A stretch of 64,000 nt of DNA from Sphagnum compactum. Lineage: Eukaryota. The first letter of the stretch is position 1. Each line of letters opens with the position of its first letter. Positions 25,081 through 38,537 of this stretch are shown here, piece after piece. The stretch covers positions 22,992,213-23,056,212 of the forward strand of contig OZ234493.1 in assembly GCA_965153455.1 (NCBI GenBank), read 5' to 3'. A model generated the notes under the pieces. The model worked only from the letters and a program-made list of their open reading frames with translations, did not search any database and had not been told where the DNA came from. The position numbers were made by a program, and so were the translations under genes.

Positions 25081-28000
25081 GAGTAGTGGCACTTGTGAGA
25101 GTGAGACTAGAATGCTTTGATGACCCATAGTTTAGGTTAAGGTGACTAGCAAAGAATGAATTCATTGTCTCATTTGTTTAAGCAACTCAAAGTTCAACAA
25201 ATGTTTTGGAAACGTGTTGCAATTGAGTATTTGTATGACTAAGATTGTATTATATCTCTCAAGTTTTTTCTGGCTCATTACATGTTGCCAATAAGAAATT
25301 CTTGAATTAAATCACTTGGAAAAAATTCCTGCATGTATTTGGAGGGCACCTTATATTCACATTTCCATAGTGTATTTGAAAAGAACCTTAAATGACATTT
25401 TTTTCCTTCCACTATTGACCTCGGGGGGGACACTTAATGTAAAGTTTGGAATCTACATGTGTCAAATGACCATTTTGAAGAGGGGTATTAAATAATTGTT
25501 CAACCTATTTTTTATCATCCTATTATTATTTAATTTACTAATATATACATACTAAAGCCACCCTATATTGATTATAATCCATTATTTCATATTATTACAT
25601 ACCTTATATTAAGATTAAATTGATTATTTGAATAAAATGTGCCCTATTTTTAACTAATTAATTTATAATTTTTACTCAACAACTAATATATTGCACCCTA
25701 TATTTTTATTCATGTATTTTCTACTTTTTTTTAAATAATGTCCCCCTTGGGCTATTGACATGGCATTTGAAAAACAAGATGTTCTTTGTGGCATGAGTGT
25801 TTTTTTTTTTTGAAACATCTCACAATATTTTTTCAGTTTTTCCCATCACACACATTGAGTATCACGAAACAAAACAATTAAAAAACCAACATAAATTTTT
25901 ATGCTCAATAAAATCTTTGGATGGAACTTTTATCATAATTGAATTTACATTCCATTTCACCTTGGGAGGGTCTTTATTTTGGTATTTGCCATACATGAAT
26001 AACCCCCTAGAAAAGAGAGGGGATATTACATGTACTTGGAAAAAGTGGGAGGTGTCAGATTTGTCTCATGTTTAACCCCTGAAAACCTAAGCCATTATTT
26101 TAGTAAAAAATGGTGTGTTTTTCACACTTACATATTGAGATTTTAAAAAATAAGATGAATGTAAAATTTGAAAAAACATTTGTATAGATGTAAAGTCATA
26201 TTAGTCATGATGATTCTTAAATTCTTTTAACATCATTGGAACAAATGGCTACACATCATTAATGCATTTATACCTTTAATAATTTGAATTCAAAGGTGCT
26301 CACACCTTCTACAACTTTTTCTAGGATTCAAAAGTATACATGGAATACCTCCAATACATGACAACCAAATGTTATATTGTACATACATAAGTTATGCATC
26401 ATCACCGATTCTTTTTCATATATCCTTTACCATTATTCTTGTCACCATTGGCAAACCACATGGCATCACCAAATTCATACATATTGTAAGGTGTTTTTTT
26501 TAAAAAATGTAAAAACCCATAGAGGTGTATGCCAAATCTAAACGGTAGATGCACACAACTACATAAAAAGAAACATGCTCAAATTTAATTAGTTTATTTG
26601 CTACTAATTTGTGCATATCATAAATTGATTTTATTCATAATTTGAGCTTCATGGCCTTGAAGACCCATAAAGTTTTCTTGGGCAAGGGGCAAAAATATAA
26701 ATTTGGGAGGGTTGGTTTTGGCCAATTCGAATAACATAAATCCACTTCTTATATATGTAACTTCAGTCAACTAAGCTTTTAATAAAGAATCCCATACACT
26801 ACTAATTTGTTTGTACTAATTTATTTTTATCAGTATAACAAGTTGTCCAAGCCTTTTTGAGGCTAGCATTTGAAAAAGCCTTCATTATCACCCACCAATG
26901 GTTTTTAGAAAACAATTTATGATGTTGTTCAAATGCCATTCATAAGACCACTTAGCCAAATTTGGCGATATTTAAAATATGAAATTAGAAAAAAATTGAG
27001 CACTTTTCATATTATATGCAATTGTAAAAATATTAACAACTCTTTTACATTTTTTCCAAAATATTTTTCACAAAAGAAATCACTTTCAAGGGGGTTTTTG
27101 TTTGGAGAATTTCACCACTTGGTAATAAAAGAAATTGGAAAAAATTGGAGATTTTTGAATTTATAGTGTAAATTCAAACAAAATTGCTCAAAAAATGAAA
27201 AAAAATTGCCAAACTTTTGAAACCATAATTTTTTAGTTTTTATTTTGGGAAAAATCACCAAATGGCGAAATGTTTTTCTTTTTAGTATGGCAAAATTTGT
27301 GTGTCTTCTAAGTGTTTCAGTCACCAGATTTCCAAAAAAACCAAAAGTTTAATAATTAAATTGCCAAAGGTTATAATAGGTACTAGTGGGTCACCAAAAA
27401 TATAGAAACATGCTACAAACTTTTTATTTTTAATTGATTTAATTGTCAAATTTGGCTAAATCATCTTAGGGATGATCCCCATTTTAGCTACATGACCAAA
27501 TTGAAATAAAACCCTACCACCCTTTCTAAAAAAAGTAGACATAATTTTTTCAATTAGCCCCCAAAATAATAGTAGATAGAATTCCCTTTATTGGTGTTGC
27601 CCATGAAAAGTAATAAACTCCCATCCCATACATGCCCCTAATGGATAGGTGGGGTACAAGTACTATTTTTTGAGAACCCAAATGTCATGATTGCAATCCA
27701 CTTAAATTTTTAGTAAATTTCATTATTTAATATTGAATTTTTACACAAAGTAGTTATCCTCATGAAACATATGGTACAATTTTTTTTTTGGAAAAATATT
27801 TTTTTCATAAATTACACCCCCCTATAACTCTGAAAATGGATGTAAACATCCATCTTGTCCTTTAGGGGTTAAGGAATAGGCATAAGAACCCATGCCTTCC
27901 TAGTCCTTGGGATCTACCTATGTTTAGCTGTTAGACAATTTGTTGGAATCTTTTGTAATGATATGCATGTGGATCAATTAGTGATAACATCCGATGGTTG

Positions 28001-30291
28001 CCATTGATGTGAATGTGTTGTAAACACTTTTGTTAATATTGAGTCTTTTCACATAATTGAGATTGTTGGCATCACGTGATTTATGATTTTTATGAAGAGG
28101 ATTACTTGTATTGTCATTATTAGGTGATATAAGTTGATGATTTGCCAATTGTGATTGTGTGTCATGAGATTTAGATGCTACCAAGTTTGTATTAATTAAC
28201 TTCATGTAACATGGATTTCTAAAGGTCTTCAAATTGTACAAAAATTGGGATTATGAACCCAATTAAAGAACAAAATTCTTTTTAAAGTTCAATAATCTTG
28301 ATTTGTGTTGATGGATGATTTCACAAAAGGTTAATCAACACTAAGTACTATTAACATAAGTTTGTATAATCATGAAATCAAATTAATTAAGTAAAGAAAA
28401 GTGATCCAATGTGAATGCATTTGTTTCATTAATTTGTTTATTAATGTATAGATAAAACATGTACAAAATAAATTTGACAAAATGGTTTAATTACAATCCT
28501 ACACCTTTTCTTGTAACATTCCTATTGAAAATTGGTGAGAATTGCCCCACCTTTCCAAACACCAAATTTTTTTGGTGACTATGATTTGCTTATGTATGAA
28601 TGTTGATAGGTTTAAGTTATTTGCAGATTAAGGTTAAAATTTTAAGTTAGGTTTTGAGGTTTGGGTTGGAAGTTTAAAACATTGAAGAAATTGAATTTGA
28701 GCTTGAAGTTACTTCTTTTGAAAACTAGAATTAAAACCTAAACTAGGGCTATTGTACTTGTAAACTAGATTGAATTTCTTTGAAGGTATAAGCACCAAGA
28801 CTTTTCAAATGTGCGTCCCCTTCCTCAAAGAAACAATTCACCCTCTTTCCAAATGAGTAAAAAAAATCGGTTTGATGCCTTGTTTCATTGACTTAGAGGA
28901 TTTTGTTTTTTTGATTACATACTTTCCTAATTTTCATTTTTATCTATAATTATAACCAAAAAAAGTGTCCTACAAAATAACAAGAGATATAATGAAGTTC
29001 ATTAACATCTACTAGAATCTTGCTCTCAATACAACTTGAATCCAAAATCACATAAATAATTGGATTAAATCCTAGCTTTAATGCTAAACCCTTAATTCAC
29101 ACAAAACCAAGCCATTTACTATTGCAACTAAGTCAATTGCGCAACAGGGTTCCCCCAATGTAAAACTTGGTTATGCCTAATCAACAGATGGGTCATAACT
29201 ACTAATGGACAAACATCTTACATTACATAGTTGTTGGGGGTTTAGCTAGAGATTAGGTCATTCAATGTTCAATCCAATTAAGTTGTTAAGATCCCACCCA
29301 TGAGCATGCAATGTGGTTTTTGTGTATGATTTGCTTTAGGTTTTCATTACAACAATACATCTTCTCTTTACATTGTCATTTTTTATAGTATATGATTTCA
29401 AGTCAGATGGCATTCACTAAGTTCATGTAAAACCACTAATAGAATGGGTATAATGTTACACATAACTAAATTGGATAGATGATTCTTTTTAGGATAACAT
29501 AAACCCAACCCAAATTTTGCTCATTGGTCACAACATGAAAAATGACATAAGTTAAAAATACTTAAAAATTCTATGTGTTCACACTAAAAACATATTCATT
29601 GCCACATCATTTAGGTTTACATAATATCTAAGTGGCTTTGGGCACAAAATTTTGAATTATTTTAAATTTTATCAAAATTTTCAAAAAACTTATCTTATTA
29701 TGTTAAAATATTCAAAATTTATTATGATCAGATTTGAACCTTGGCCCTCCTCTTCAATGCAATACAAATACATGTGAACAATCAAACTAGGAAAACAATT
29801 AAAAACTTTTTAAAGATAATACAAAAAATAGTTTTATTAAATTTATTTTGTAAGTGTCGAAATCTTCAAAATCAAATCTAAATTATTGAATTAAAATTCT
29901 CAAAATGTATGTTTTATTTGACAAGTTGGTTATTTTCTAGATTTATAATAATTTTCTGGTAATGTAGTGTATGTACGTAGCGGGATTTGAACTCTCAACC
30001 GCTTGCATGGCAACCGGGCGACCGGAGGCAGCGGCCAAACAAACGAAGCAGCGATGGCGCAAAAAAAACACCACAGCGAGCAACAGCAGCGAGCCAGAAG
30101 ACGACCAAAGAGGTGGAGGGAGCTAGGGTTAGGTTTGGCGATGGCAGAATACGGGTGATGGAGCAAAGAGCATAGAGAGTGAGAGAGAGAGAGAGTTTGA
30201 CATCGCAGTGGTGATGACGGCGGCCACTACCTAAGCGGTTTCAGAGAAGGAATTGTAAGCAGCAGCAGCAGCAAAGGAAGGCCCGAGAGAG

Positions 30292-33200
30292 ATGGTTTCG
30301 CAAGGAAGGCCTGAAAGGCAATCTGATTATTCTCGGATGCCGTCTCACAGACCACTGGTGATCGATAACGGTGCTTATTTCTGTCGTGTCGGGCAAGTCG
30401 CTCTTTCTTTGCATTTCTTTTTCACTCGTTGCTATAACTCTCGCCTTTTTGAGCATTCTGTAATCTTTTGGTCTTCCTACTTCCTGCTTCTGGTTGCTTT
30501 CGGTTTGGTTTTGGTTTTGTTATTTTTTGTAGTTATTGGCCTGTTTTCTTTTCGTATGCGTTTGTGATGGTGAGCTTAGTGTTTTTTTTTTTTCTTTTTT
30601 GGTTTTTGTTTCTTGTTGTCGGACGAGTTTAAGGCGATGGTTTACTTGTGACCATCTTGGAAGCGGTTGTTGGTGGAAAATTACTGCCGTGTGCACACAT
30701 GCTAGCAGTGCTTAGCTTTCACTAGTTGTCTTAGTTGCAATGTGGATCACCTTGGTCAACTCGTCATACAAAAGTGAGGAAACTAGGGGCCTTTGGTTGT
30801 TGGGATGGGAATTGAAGAACCCTGCATTACTTGGGGTTACATGTGGTTTGGAATTGTTAAACCTTCAAAAGAGAGAGGCAGTAGGGTTTAGAGAGTGTGG
30901 AAAAACAAAAAGAACTCAGTTGCAGTTGTCAACATGTACTGTTTTCTGTCAACTTCTCATTTGTCCACACATTCCAACTTCTGCTATCACTTGTTTGTGT
31001 TTTGATTGTGAATTCAGAATTGAATGATTGCATTCCATTCAGTTTATGTCTCTTCTGTACTCTGTGTGATTTCAAATTTCAGATCTTGTCTTTATGTCAA
31101 GGGTTTCTCTGTTTAAGTCATGTTAATGTTGCTGACAGAAAGGAGGGTGGTGGAACAGTTGGGCTGGAGAAAAGGATCCTAGATTTTCCTTCCATAACGT
31201 TTTGCACAGACCTCGACATCGGGGTTCTGGTACACTTCCTCCAACTCTTGTTATCATGGTTTTCATGTTTCCAGGGTTTTGGGGTTTCTTGAACCTCTGC
31301 AAGTGAAGAAAAGATATGAAGTTAATAACTATGCAGATATGTCTATTCCATTCCTATGTACCTGACCTTGTATTGTTCTGCAAGCACTAGATGTAAGATC
31401 TGGGGATGGCTTCCTGGATATACTTCTTCCAAGCATCATTTCAAACATCAGTCTGCTAATGCTGTAGCTTCTGTCAAGGTCAACCGAGATTTTTTTTTTG
31501 TTGACTGTTAGGATGATCCATAGTTATTATTATTTGCAGGTGAATTGACGAGTATTGTGGGTGATTACGATCCTGGGACTGTAAAGCTATTTGACTTCAC
31601 CCGCTCCTCCTTGCGGAGTGCATTCGATGGCAATGTGGTCTACCAGTTTGAGACAATGGAATCTGTACGCTGCTGCCCATTGTTCATAAGATTCCCAGGA
31701 CCATATTCCAAAGTTGTTTTTAAATGGAGGATCAACTTCATGGGGTTGTAATATGCTGACACAGTGCTGGGGTTTGCTTTAATGCAGATCCTGGACTATA
31801 CTTTTGACAGGATAGGAGTTGATGGAGCTGTGGTAAGTTTAAGTTTGGACTTTTTATGTCCTTATCAGGTGTGCCACAAGCAGAAAGAATTCCCGTGTTG
31901 TTCAATTTCTTTGCAATATGAATCAGAGAGATTTTTAAGCTTCAAGATTTTCAGTGCTTTTTACACTGACAACTACAAAGTAATGCTGGCCTGTGAACTG
32001 AGCAGTGAGATAATGAATGCAAAGGGATGTGTGCCTGAGGAATGATTGTGTGTTGATAGGGCAGGTGGATCATCCAGTGCTTCTAACAGAAGCCCCTTGC
32101 AATCCAATCTTCTCTCGCACCCGCATGGCTGAACTTCTCTTTGAAACTTATGGTGTTCCTTCATTGGGTACTTTATTTCTTACTTCATATTTGTCCACTC
32201 TTTTCTTGCTATTTTGAAGTAGACAGTTCATTTTGAAGGTTCATATGGCAACGCGGCTTGAGCCAGTGGACATCTGTTTGTGTACAAGGGCTTGCCATTC
32301 TCATGAACTGTTCTGTGACAGAATTTGGCAGTGATGGTATGTTCAGTTATGCGTACAACCAGAGATTAGGTTTGTGTGAGTCGGATGGGCTGCTGGTTTG
32401 CTCAGGACACACAACAACACACGTCATCCCGGTATCTTTCTCCCTTCTCATGCATGGTTCCAGTCACACAGACATGAGTGTAGTCCCTGTCACATGCATA
32501 TTTCAAAGAGAGTTGGCTTCCTGGTCCTCTTTGCAGGATTCTAGTTGAACTGCACTGATGCTGTTGGGAAGGTTTTGCATGGAACAGGTGGTGAATGGAG
32601 AGCCAATAATGGAGGCTTGCTGTAGAACAGGAGTGGGAGGCTTTCATGTTACAAGCTATTTGAAGCGCCTACTATCGTTACAGCACCCTTATCACTTGTA
32701 TGGTGTCTGTTTTCCCTCTTGTACACTCTACATAAATCTGCATAAAGTATTACCTCTTGTATCCTGTCTGTTTTCTGTGACCCTTTGCAGGTGTATCATT
32801 AGGCCAAAGCAATTGAAGGGTTAAGAGTCTCTTATCTATGGTGGATTTCTGTTCAGTCTAGGGAATGGAGCGATTGTAGTGGCATGGCTGTTGAGGTACT
32901 TGAAGTGCATCTGATCATAGCAGGCTTGTGTGGCCCAACAGGAATGAAATAGTCTGGGAGAAAGTTGAAGAGCTGAAGCAAGAGTACTGTTATGTTGCTG
33001 AAGACTACCATGCAGAGCTGAGCATCTTTCAGGTGCTGCCCTTCTCTTTCTTAGAATTTAACATTTGTACTGATGCCATCATTTAAGGTCAAGTTATGTG
33101 ATTTGTGCTGCTGGCTTTGTCTCATAGACATGTGAATACCACCTTGTAAATTGGGAATTGAGAAGTCATTGAGGTTTGAAAGGTAGTTATATGTTGAATC

Positions 33201-36130
33201 CAGTAACTCAAATATGTTGTGAGGAAACTTCTGTCAGCCAACCAGCGGTTCCTACTCTGTTGAGTTGACATTTTTCTTTGTTATTTGCCTTCAAAAGATC
33301 ACGCTCTTAATATGCTAGGCCTTTTTCTCTTTTTTCTTCCTCTTTCTTCGTTTGATATTTTTTGCTTCGGTGTTCATCTTTCTTCTTGGTTTCCTTGGTC
33401 ATCTCCTCCTCCTTTCAATTTTGTTGAGCTAGCCAGCATAATGGCCAATGCTTCCATTACTGCTGATCTTGTGAAAGAAATTCAGTATGTTGGTCAATGT
33501 ATGACCTTGACATTCACCTACTGACAGGACCAGTTGAAGTCAGTGGCGATGTTATGGTTGCTGATCACTACCATACATGTTGCTGTTGAAGGTCGCTGCA
33601 CATGCATTTGACTGTCACTGTTCAAACTTCTCGTCAGTGTTTTAGGGTTGGGTTCGTCTCTCCCCTGTCAACCAATATGTTGTCAGATCTGAAAGGTATA
33701 TGACATTATTAGAACATCTCTCAATTCTATTTGGGTTGACTCAAATAGTGTGTATGGAGAGGTTCTCAGTATTTATGAGGATATATATATTTGTAAAGCT
33801 TTCTCAAAATTTTCAGCAATTGTTCTAGATACACTTTCATCACCCATCTCTAAGCTTGTAATCTGATTATGCTGCAGAAAGGGGGTGCAGAGGCAGAAGC
33901 CAAGACAAAGTGGTGGCAATTACCGTGGGTGCCACCTCCTGAGAAGGAGCAGCCAAGTGAAGAGGAGTTAGCAAGAAGGGCAGCTATAAAGGAGAAACAG
34001 GGGCAGCGCTTGCGAGAAATGGCCTTTGCTAAACGATCCTCAAAAATTGCTGACTTGGAGACAGAAATTGAGGGACTTGAGTATCTTTTGCAGGAGTTGG
34101 ATGATGCAGAGGATGCTAAGACAGAGGCCTCTCTTTTGGGACCATCAAGTTTTGGCTCCCGTGAAGAAGTACAGGCTGCACTAGCCAAGGCTACGATGTC
34201 ATTGAGAAAAGCAAAGGGGGAGCCTGTAGATATTAAGAAAGTAGAGGATGATATACCAATGTCAGAGAAATATCCTCTCCTTGAGGTTCCTAACAGCCTT
34301 CTCACACCAGAACAAGTAAGTTCTATTTTGGTTGGAGTTTATAATCAGGAGCCTTTTTTGAATTCTTCTGTAGTAGCTAGCTGACCAAGAAGTTTGTGTG
34401 CACAGCTAAAGGAAAAGAAGAAACAACAGTTTTTGAAAATTACTACTGAGGGGCGCATTCGGGCGAAACAAAAACGGCAAGAAGAGGACTTGCAACGTGA
34501 GCGAGAACAGCAGCTAGAAGAAGAACGTCGGCTGTAAGTTGTTGATTGTTGTTTCAGTATCATCTTTGAGTTCATCTTGTTTACCTGGAGCTTGAGATGT
34601 GATCTTCAACTGTATACTACTGAAGCCTCAAGAACCCGCAGCAGCAATAGTCATATATTAGTTGGACTTCCAGCTGGACCAATTCTCTCAGGACCAGATG
34701 AGATCATGGTAAACAAGGTCCCATTAGAAGGAATGATGTGCTCTAATGGCCAGATTTGTGACTCCCATTACCACAGTCTAGTGGCACAACCTATTGGATC
34801 AGACAAGGATTCTGCATGTGAAACATTCCATTTACCCATAGGGAGTTCATCACTTCAAGTGAGGTGGAGTTTGATTTTTTGGGATTTCTGTTGGAATTGA
34901 AGATTAACAAATGCGTAGTTGTTTCTGTTGGGAGTTCTTTTCACATGTAAGGAGCAAGGATCTGCCTACATTTGGTGTGTAGTTCCCTGATTATTGAAAA
35001 CCAATGGGTGTGAACTAATCCAAGGTTTCGATTTACAAGGTAGGGGTTTGTGGTGGTGACAGAGCAAATCCTGAGCTATACTTGGAGGAGCTGCGGGTGA
35101 GGCAAGCTGAGGTATCCGCCAGGGTGGATCAGAGCAAGCGGCAGAAAATTGGAATGGCATCAGCAGGTGCTGTGACATCACTGACATCAGGGGTGAGTGG
35201 CCGGGGAGAGAGATTGAGTGCTGTGCAGAAGGAGCGCATGAAGCTGCTCACCACTGCAGCCTTTGACCGAGGGAAAGATGAGGACACCTTTGGCATGAAT
35301 GATGAAGACTGGGAGCTCTACAAGAGAGTGGGTAGAGACACTGATGGTGATGATGAGGATGATGAGGACGAGGCAGAGTTGGCCAGAATCAATATCCGCC
35401 TTAAGGTAAATCTGTCTTTGTGTGATTTGACAATAGTTCAATTGATGTAAAAGTTACACCCCAAATTGCTCCTCTTCTGGACCCAGTACAACAGGCAAGG
35501 TCATGGATTTTTGTTTACTCTAATACTTTTCTGCTAATGATGTGACTGTGCACTCATTACCATTGGTGATTTTTGAGTGTTTGTGAACAGGAGTTGGACC
35601 CTTCATTTATGCCATCAACAGGGCTCATTCAGGGGGCTCAAACTGTGATCCCTAGTGTCCAACAGCGGCCTCTAACAGCTGAAGACTTTCGGATTCCACT
35701 TGGTGTAGAAAGGTTTCGGGCTCCTGAAATTGTGTTGCAGCCTTCCATGATGGGATTAGATCAGGCTGGATTGGGGGAGATGTTGGCACTAGCTCTCATG
35801 CGTCTGCCTCAGCATTACAGGGAGCGGGTGATGAAGGGTTCAGTCTTACTCACTGGAGGCAACTCCCTTTTTGAAGGCTTAGACATGCGATTGCTTGCAG
35901 AGCTGAGAATGACTAGACCATTAGGTGCCACCATCAAGGTAGTAAGGGCAGCTGACCCAAAACTTGATGCCTGGCGCGGTGCCTCAGTGTTTGCCTCATC
36001 TAGTTCATTTCAGAAGTCTGCACTTTCTAAAGCTGACTTTGAAGAAAGAGGTCCAGATTGGCTGCGGCACCATAATCTGAAATACTCAGGTGGGTCATTA
36101 AGCAATTCATTTTTGACAGATAACACATAA
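30292..36130 (+). CDS. ARP5: Actin-related protein 5 (INO80 chromatin-remodelling subunit)
   Basis: Twelve exons: 30292-30392, 31159-31229, 31540-31664, 31788-31832, 32065-32167, 32322-32431, 32588-32697, 32942-33032, 33878-34315, 34406-34533, 35063-35405, 35591-36130. Motifs [95 protein letters not shown]. Confidence 0.95.
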
Positions 36131-38186
36131 TCAAATTTTGAACCTGGCTACCAGTTGGGGTAGTAGCATTATGAATGGCACTATTCTGAATGCTGTGTGA
36201 TTTGCTGATTTTCAATGGTGTATAGCCACATGATGGCAACAACCTGTAAGCTTTTTGGTGGGAACTCTGATCTGTATTTCTAGCCCCTTGGTGCATAGAA
36301 ATAGATTTCCACCAAAGGATTTCTGCTAGAGTTCTCACAGTTTCTGAGGTGCCAGGGTGTTATCATATTCTGAGAGGTTTTTCAATGAATCTTTTGAATG
36401 TTCTGAGGTTTTTGACTACCAGCCTCGGGAAAAGGTACCCCAGATTCCAGAAGGTTCTTAAGACAAGCCCTTCTCCTATTCTCTACATCCCACACAAACT
36501 AACAAACCTTGGTAGGACAGGGGAGTGGAGTCGTTTGAGGAGATGATTTGGGAAGAATTAATTGTTTTAAAACTACAAAGGTTAGTCGACAGTTGTTTGT
36601 CGCCGCAGTGGTGATTTGTCATCTTACAACTTTGTTCACATACAGCAATGTTTATTGGCATGTAGCTGACATATTGTGGCATGCTATCAATAAGTTACCT
36701 CCAAGTGATAGGGTCAAGTAGTGAAATATCGAAGCATTCGTGCAAAATCTTTTAAAATTGTGCATTCTCGCTCCTATACCACAACCAATGGTTCATCATT
36801 CTTGCATGTACAATGATAGTTTACAAATCTACAATGCTCAAGCATCCTCCTCCTTTTCTGTCTAAAGCATTGTATTCCCTTTGTATGCTTGTCCTCTTGA
36901 AGGTCCGCAATGCGCATCTTCTTTGCAAGACAACTTCAATTACTGTTGCACACAACAAACATTCATTTCTATCAGTGGAGAATAAAGGTGGATGTGATTT
37001 TGCTGCACATAAAGCAAGAAGAAAATGCAAAGAGCAGTAGGGGAGAGGATGGGGAAGGGAAAGAACAAGTTGGATAACACGTTTTTCCCCGTCAATGGAA
37101 AGAACCAAAACAAACATAGTGCCAATCAAAGCAGTTACATATGCCAAACTTTCACACCAAAGACAAGGCAATTGCAAATGCTTTGATACTTATTAAATGC
37201 AAGAAAGTGGAGCACCTTGTTGTAGAAGGATTGGTTGATCCATGTTCTCAAATGCTCCTCACAACGTAGAAATGGGAGATCATCAAAGAACTACACAAGA
37301 TCACAATTTAGCAAGAATTCCTCACGTCGGCAAAATGTGTAAAGATAAAAGGAACAATATTAAATTATGATTACAAGAAAGCTTCATATAGATATTGATC
37401 ACCACAATTCATTGTATGATTTGATGATTGAAGAGTGCAATAAACATCATCTTCCAAAAAAATTCAATACAACATTCTATGAGGTTGTCAAATCATTCTA
37501 GGGATGTTCTACAATGAATACACTTTTGCTTGTGAAAGATGTACATGCTAAGGGAGAGGGGTTTAAACTTCACCACATGAATATGCTACAATGGATTCTA
37601 CCACACCTCAATTTTAATGTCACAAGAGCTTTCATGAGGTGACCATGTTTTTAAATTTTCTCCATTGTAATGTGAAACTACTCTTCATAAAACTAGATTA
37701 TGAGACCATTTTTACACATTTTCCCATGATGTCATCATCTTCATAATGCATGTATCTATAAAAAAATCAAGATTTGCAAGAGTGTATTGTGCCCACCCTT
37801 CCCGATATATTATAAAACACTTTGAATGAAAATATTTCAATCAAAATCAAAATTATCACATTGAAAATAACTTTATCAAATTTTATCAAATTTTCCCTTC
37901 CAAAAAATACTTAAATGTGTATTGTCACTTGCACTAACACCTTTATAAAGATTTTGGTTTCCATTTTGATCATACAACTTGTAATTATTCTAATATTAGG
38001 GGTCCATTTATAATTTTAAAAGGATTGCAACACAAGATGTTGCACACATTGGAAAGTCCTTTCTAAACTCTAAAATAATCATATGGGTTTTTTCATTTCT
38101 ATATTACTTTTTTAAGGCATATAAATAATTTCTATGGATCCTTCTTTATCCCTTTCCTTACTAATTGGAATTAAAAGACATTATAA

Positions 38187-38537
38187 GAATATCTCCACCA
38201 ACATTCGGTATGTGACCCTGCAAAAAGAAATCAAAGTTTTAGTTACTTATTTTTTTTCCAACCCCACCCGCAAAACTAAAACCCAAATTGTAAATAGGTG
38301 GAAGACTACTAATAACAACCCACTTGGACCATTCATACTAAAATTTAGCTAATTAGAAATAGAGAGCAGTCAAACAAATATGATTTGAGTGCATTTATTA
38401 GACTCTTCTAGGGTTTTGAAAGTTGTGTACTTTTTTAGGGTCTTAGGACTCTTATAGTGGATTTTTTCATTGGATTAATGAACCTCATCCAAGATTTCTA
38501 TTACATGGTCACAAGCGAAACATTAGTGGAGATGCAC
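38187..38537. mobile_element. Tourist-like (PIF/Harbinger) MITE, 351 bp
   Basis: Imperfect ~45-bp TIRs: gaatatctccaccaacattcggtatgtgacc versus reverse complement of ggtcacaagcgaaacattagtggagatgcac; TAA on both flanks (38184-38186, 38538-38540). Confidence 0.8.

Noticed and set aside
29728..30035. tRNA gene or SINE (minus-strand GTTCAAATC B-box-like motifs at ~29735 and ~29988)
   Set aside because: No cloverleaf or acceptor stem; at most decayed repeat-derived sequence.
36821..37177. 118-aa minus ORF downstream of ARP5
   Set aside because: Non-ATG start, no recognisable domain and no consistent exon chain.
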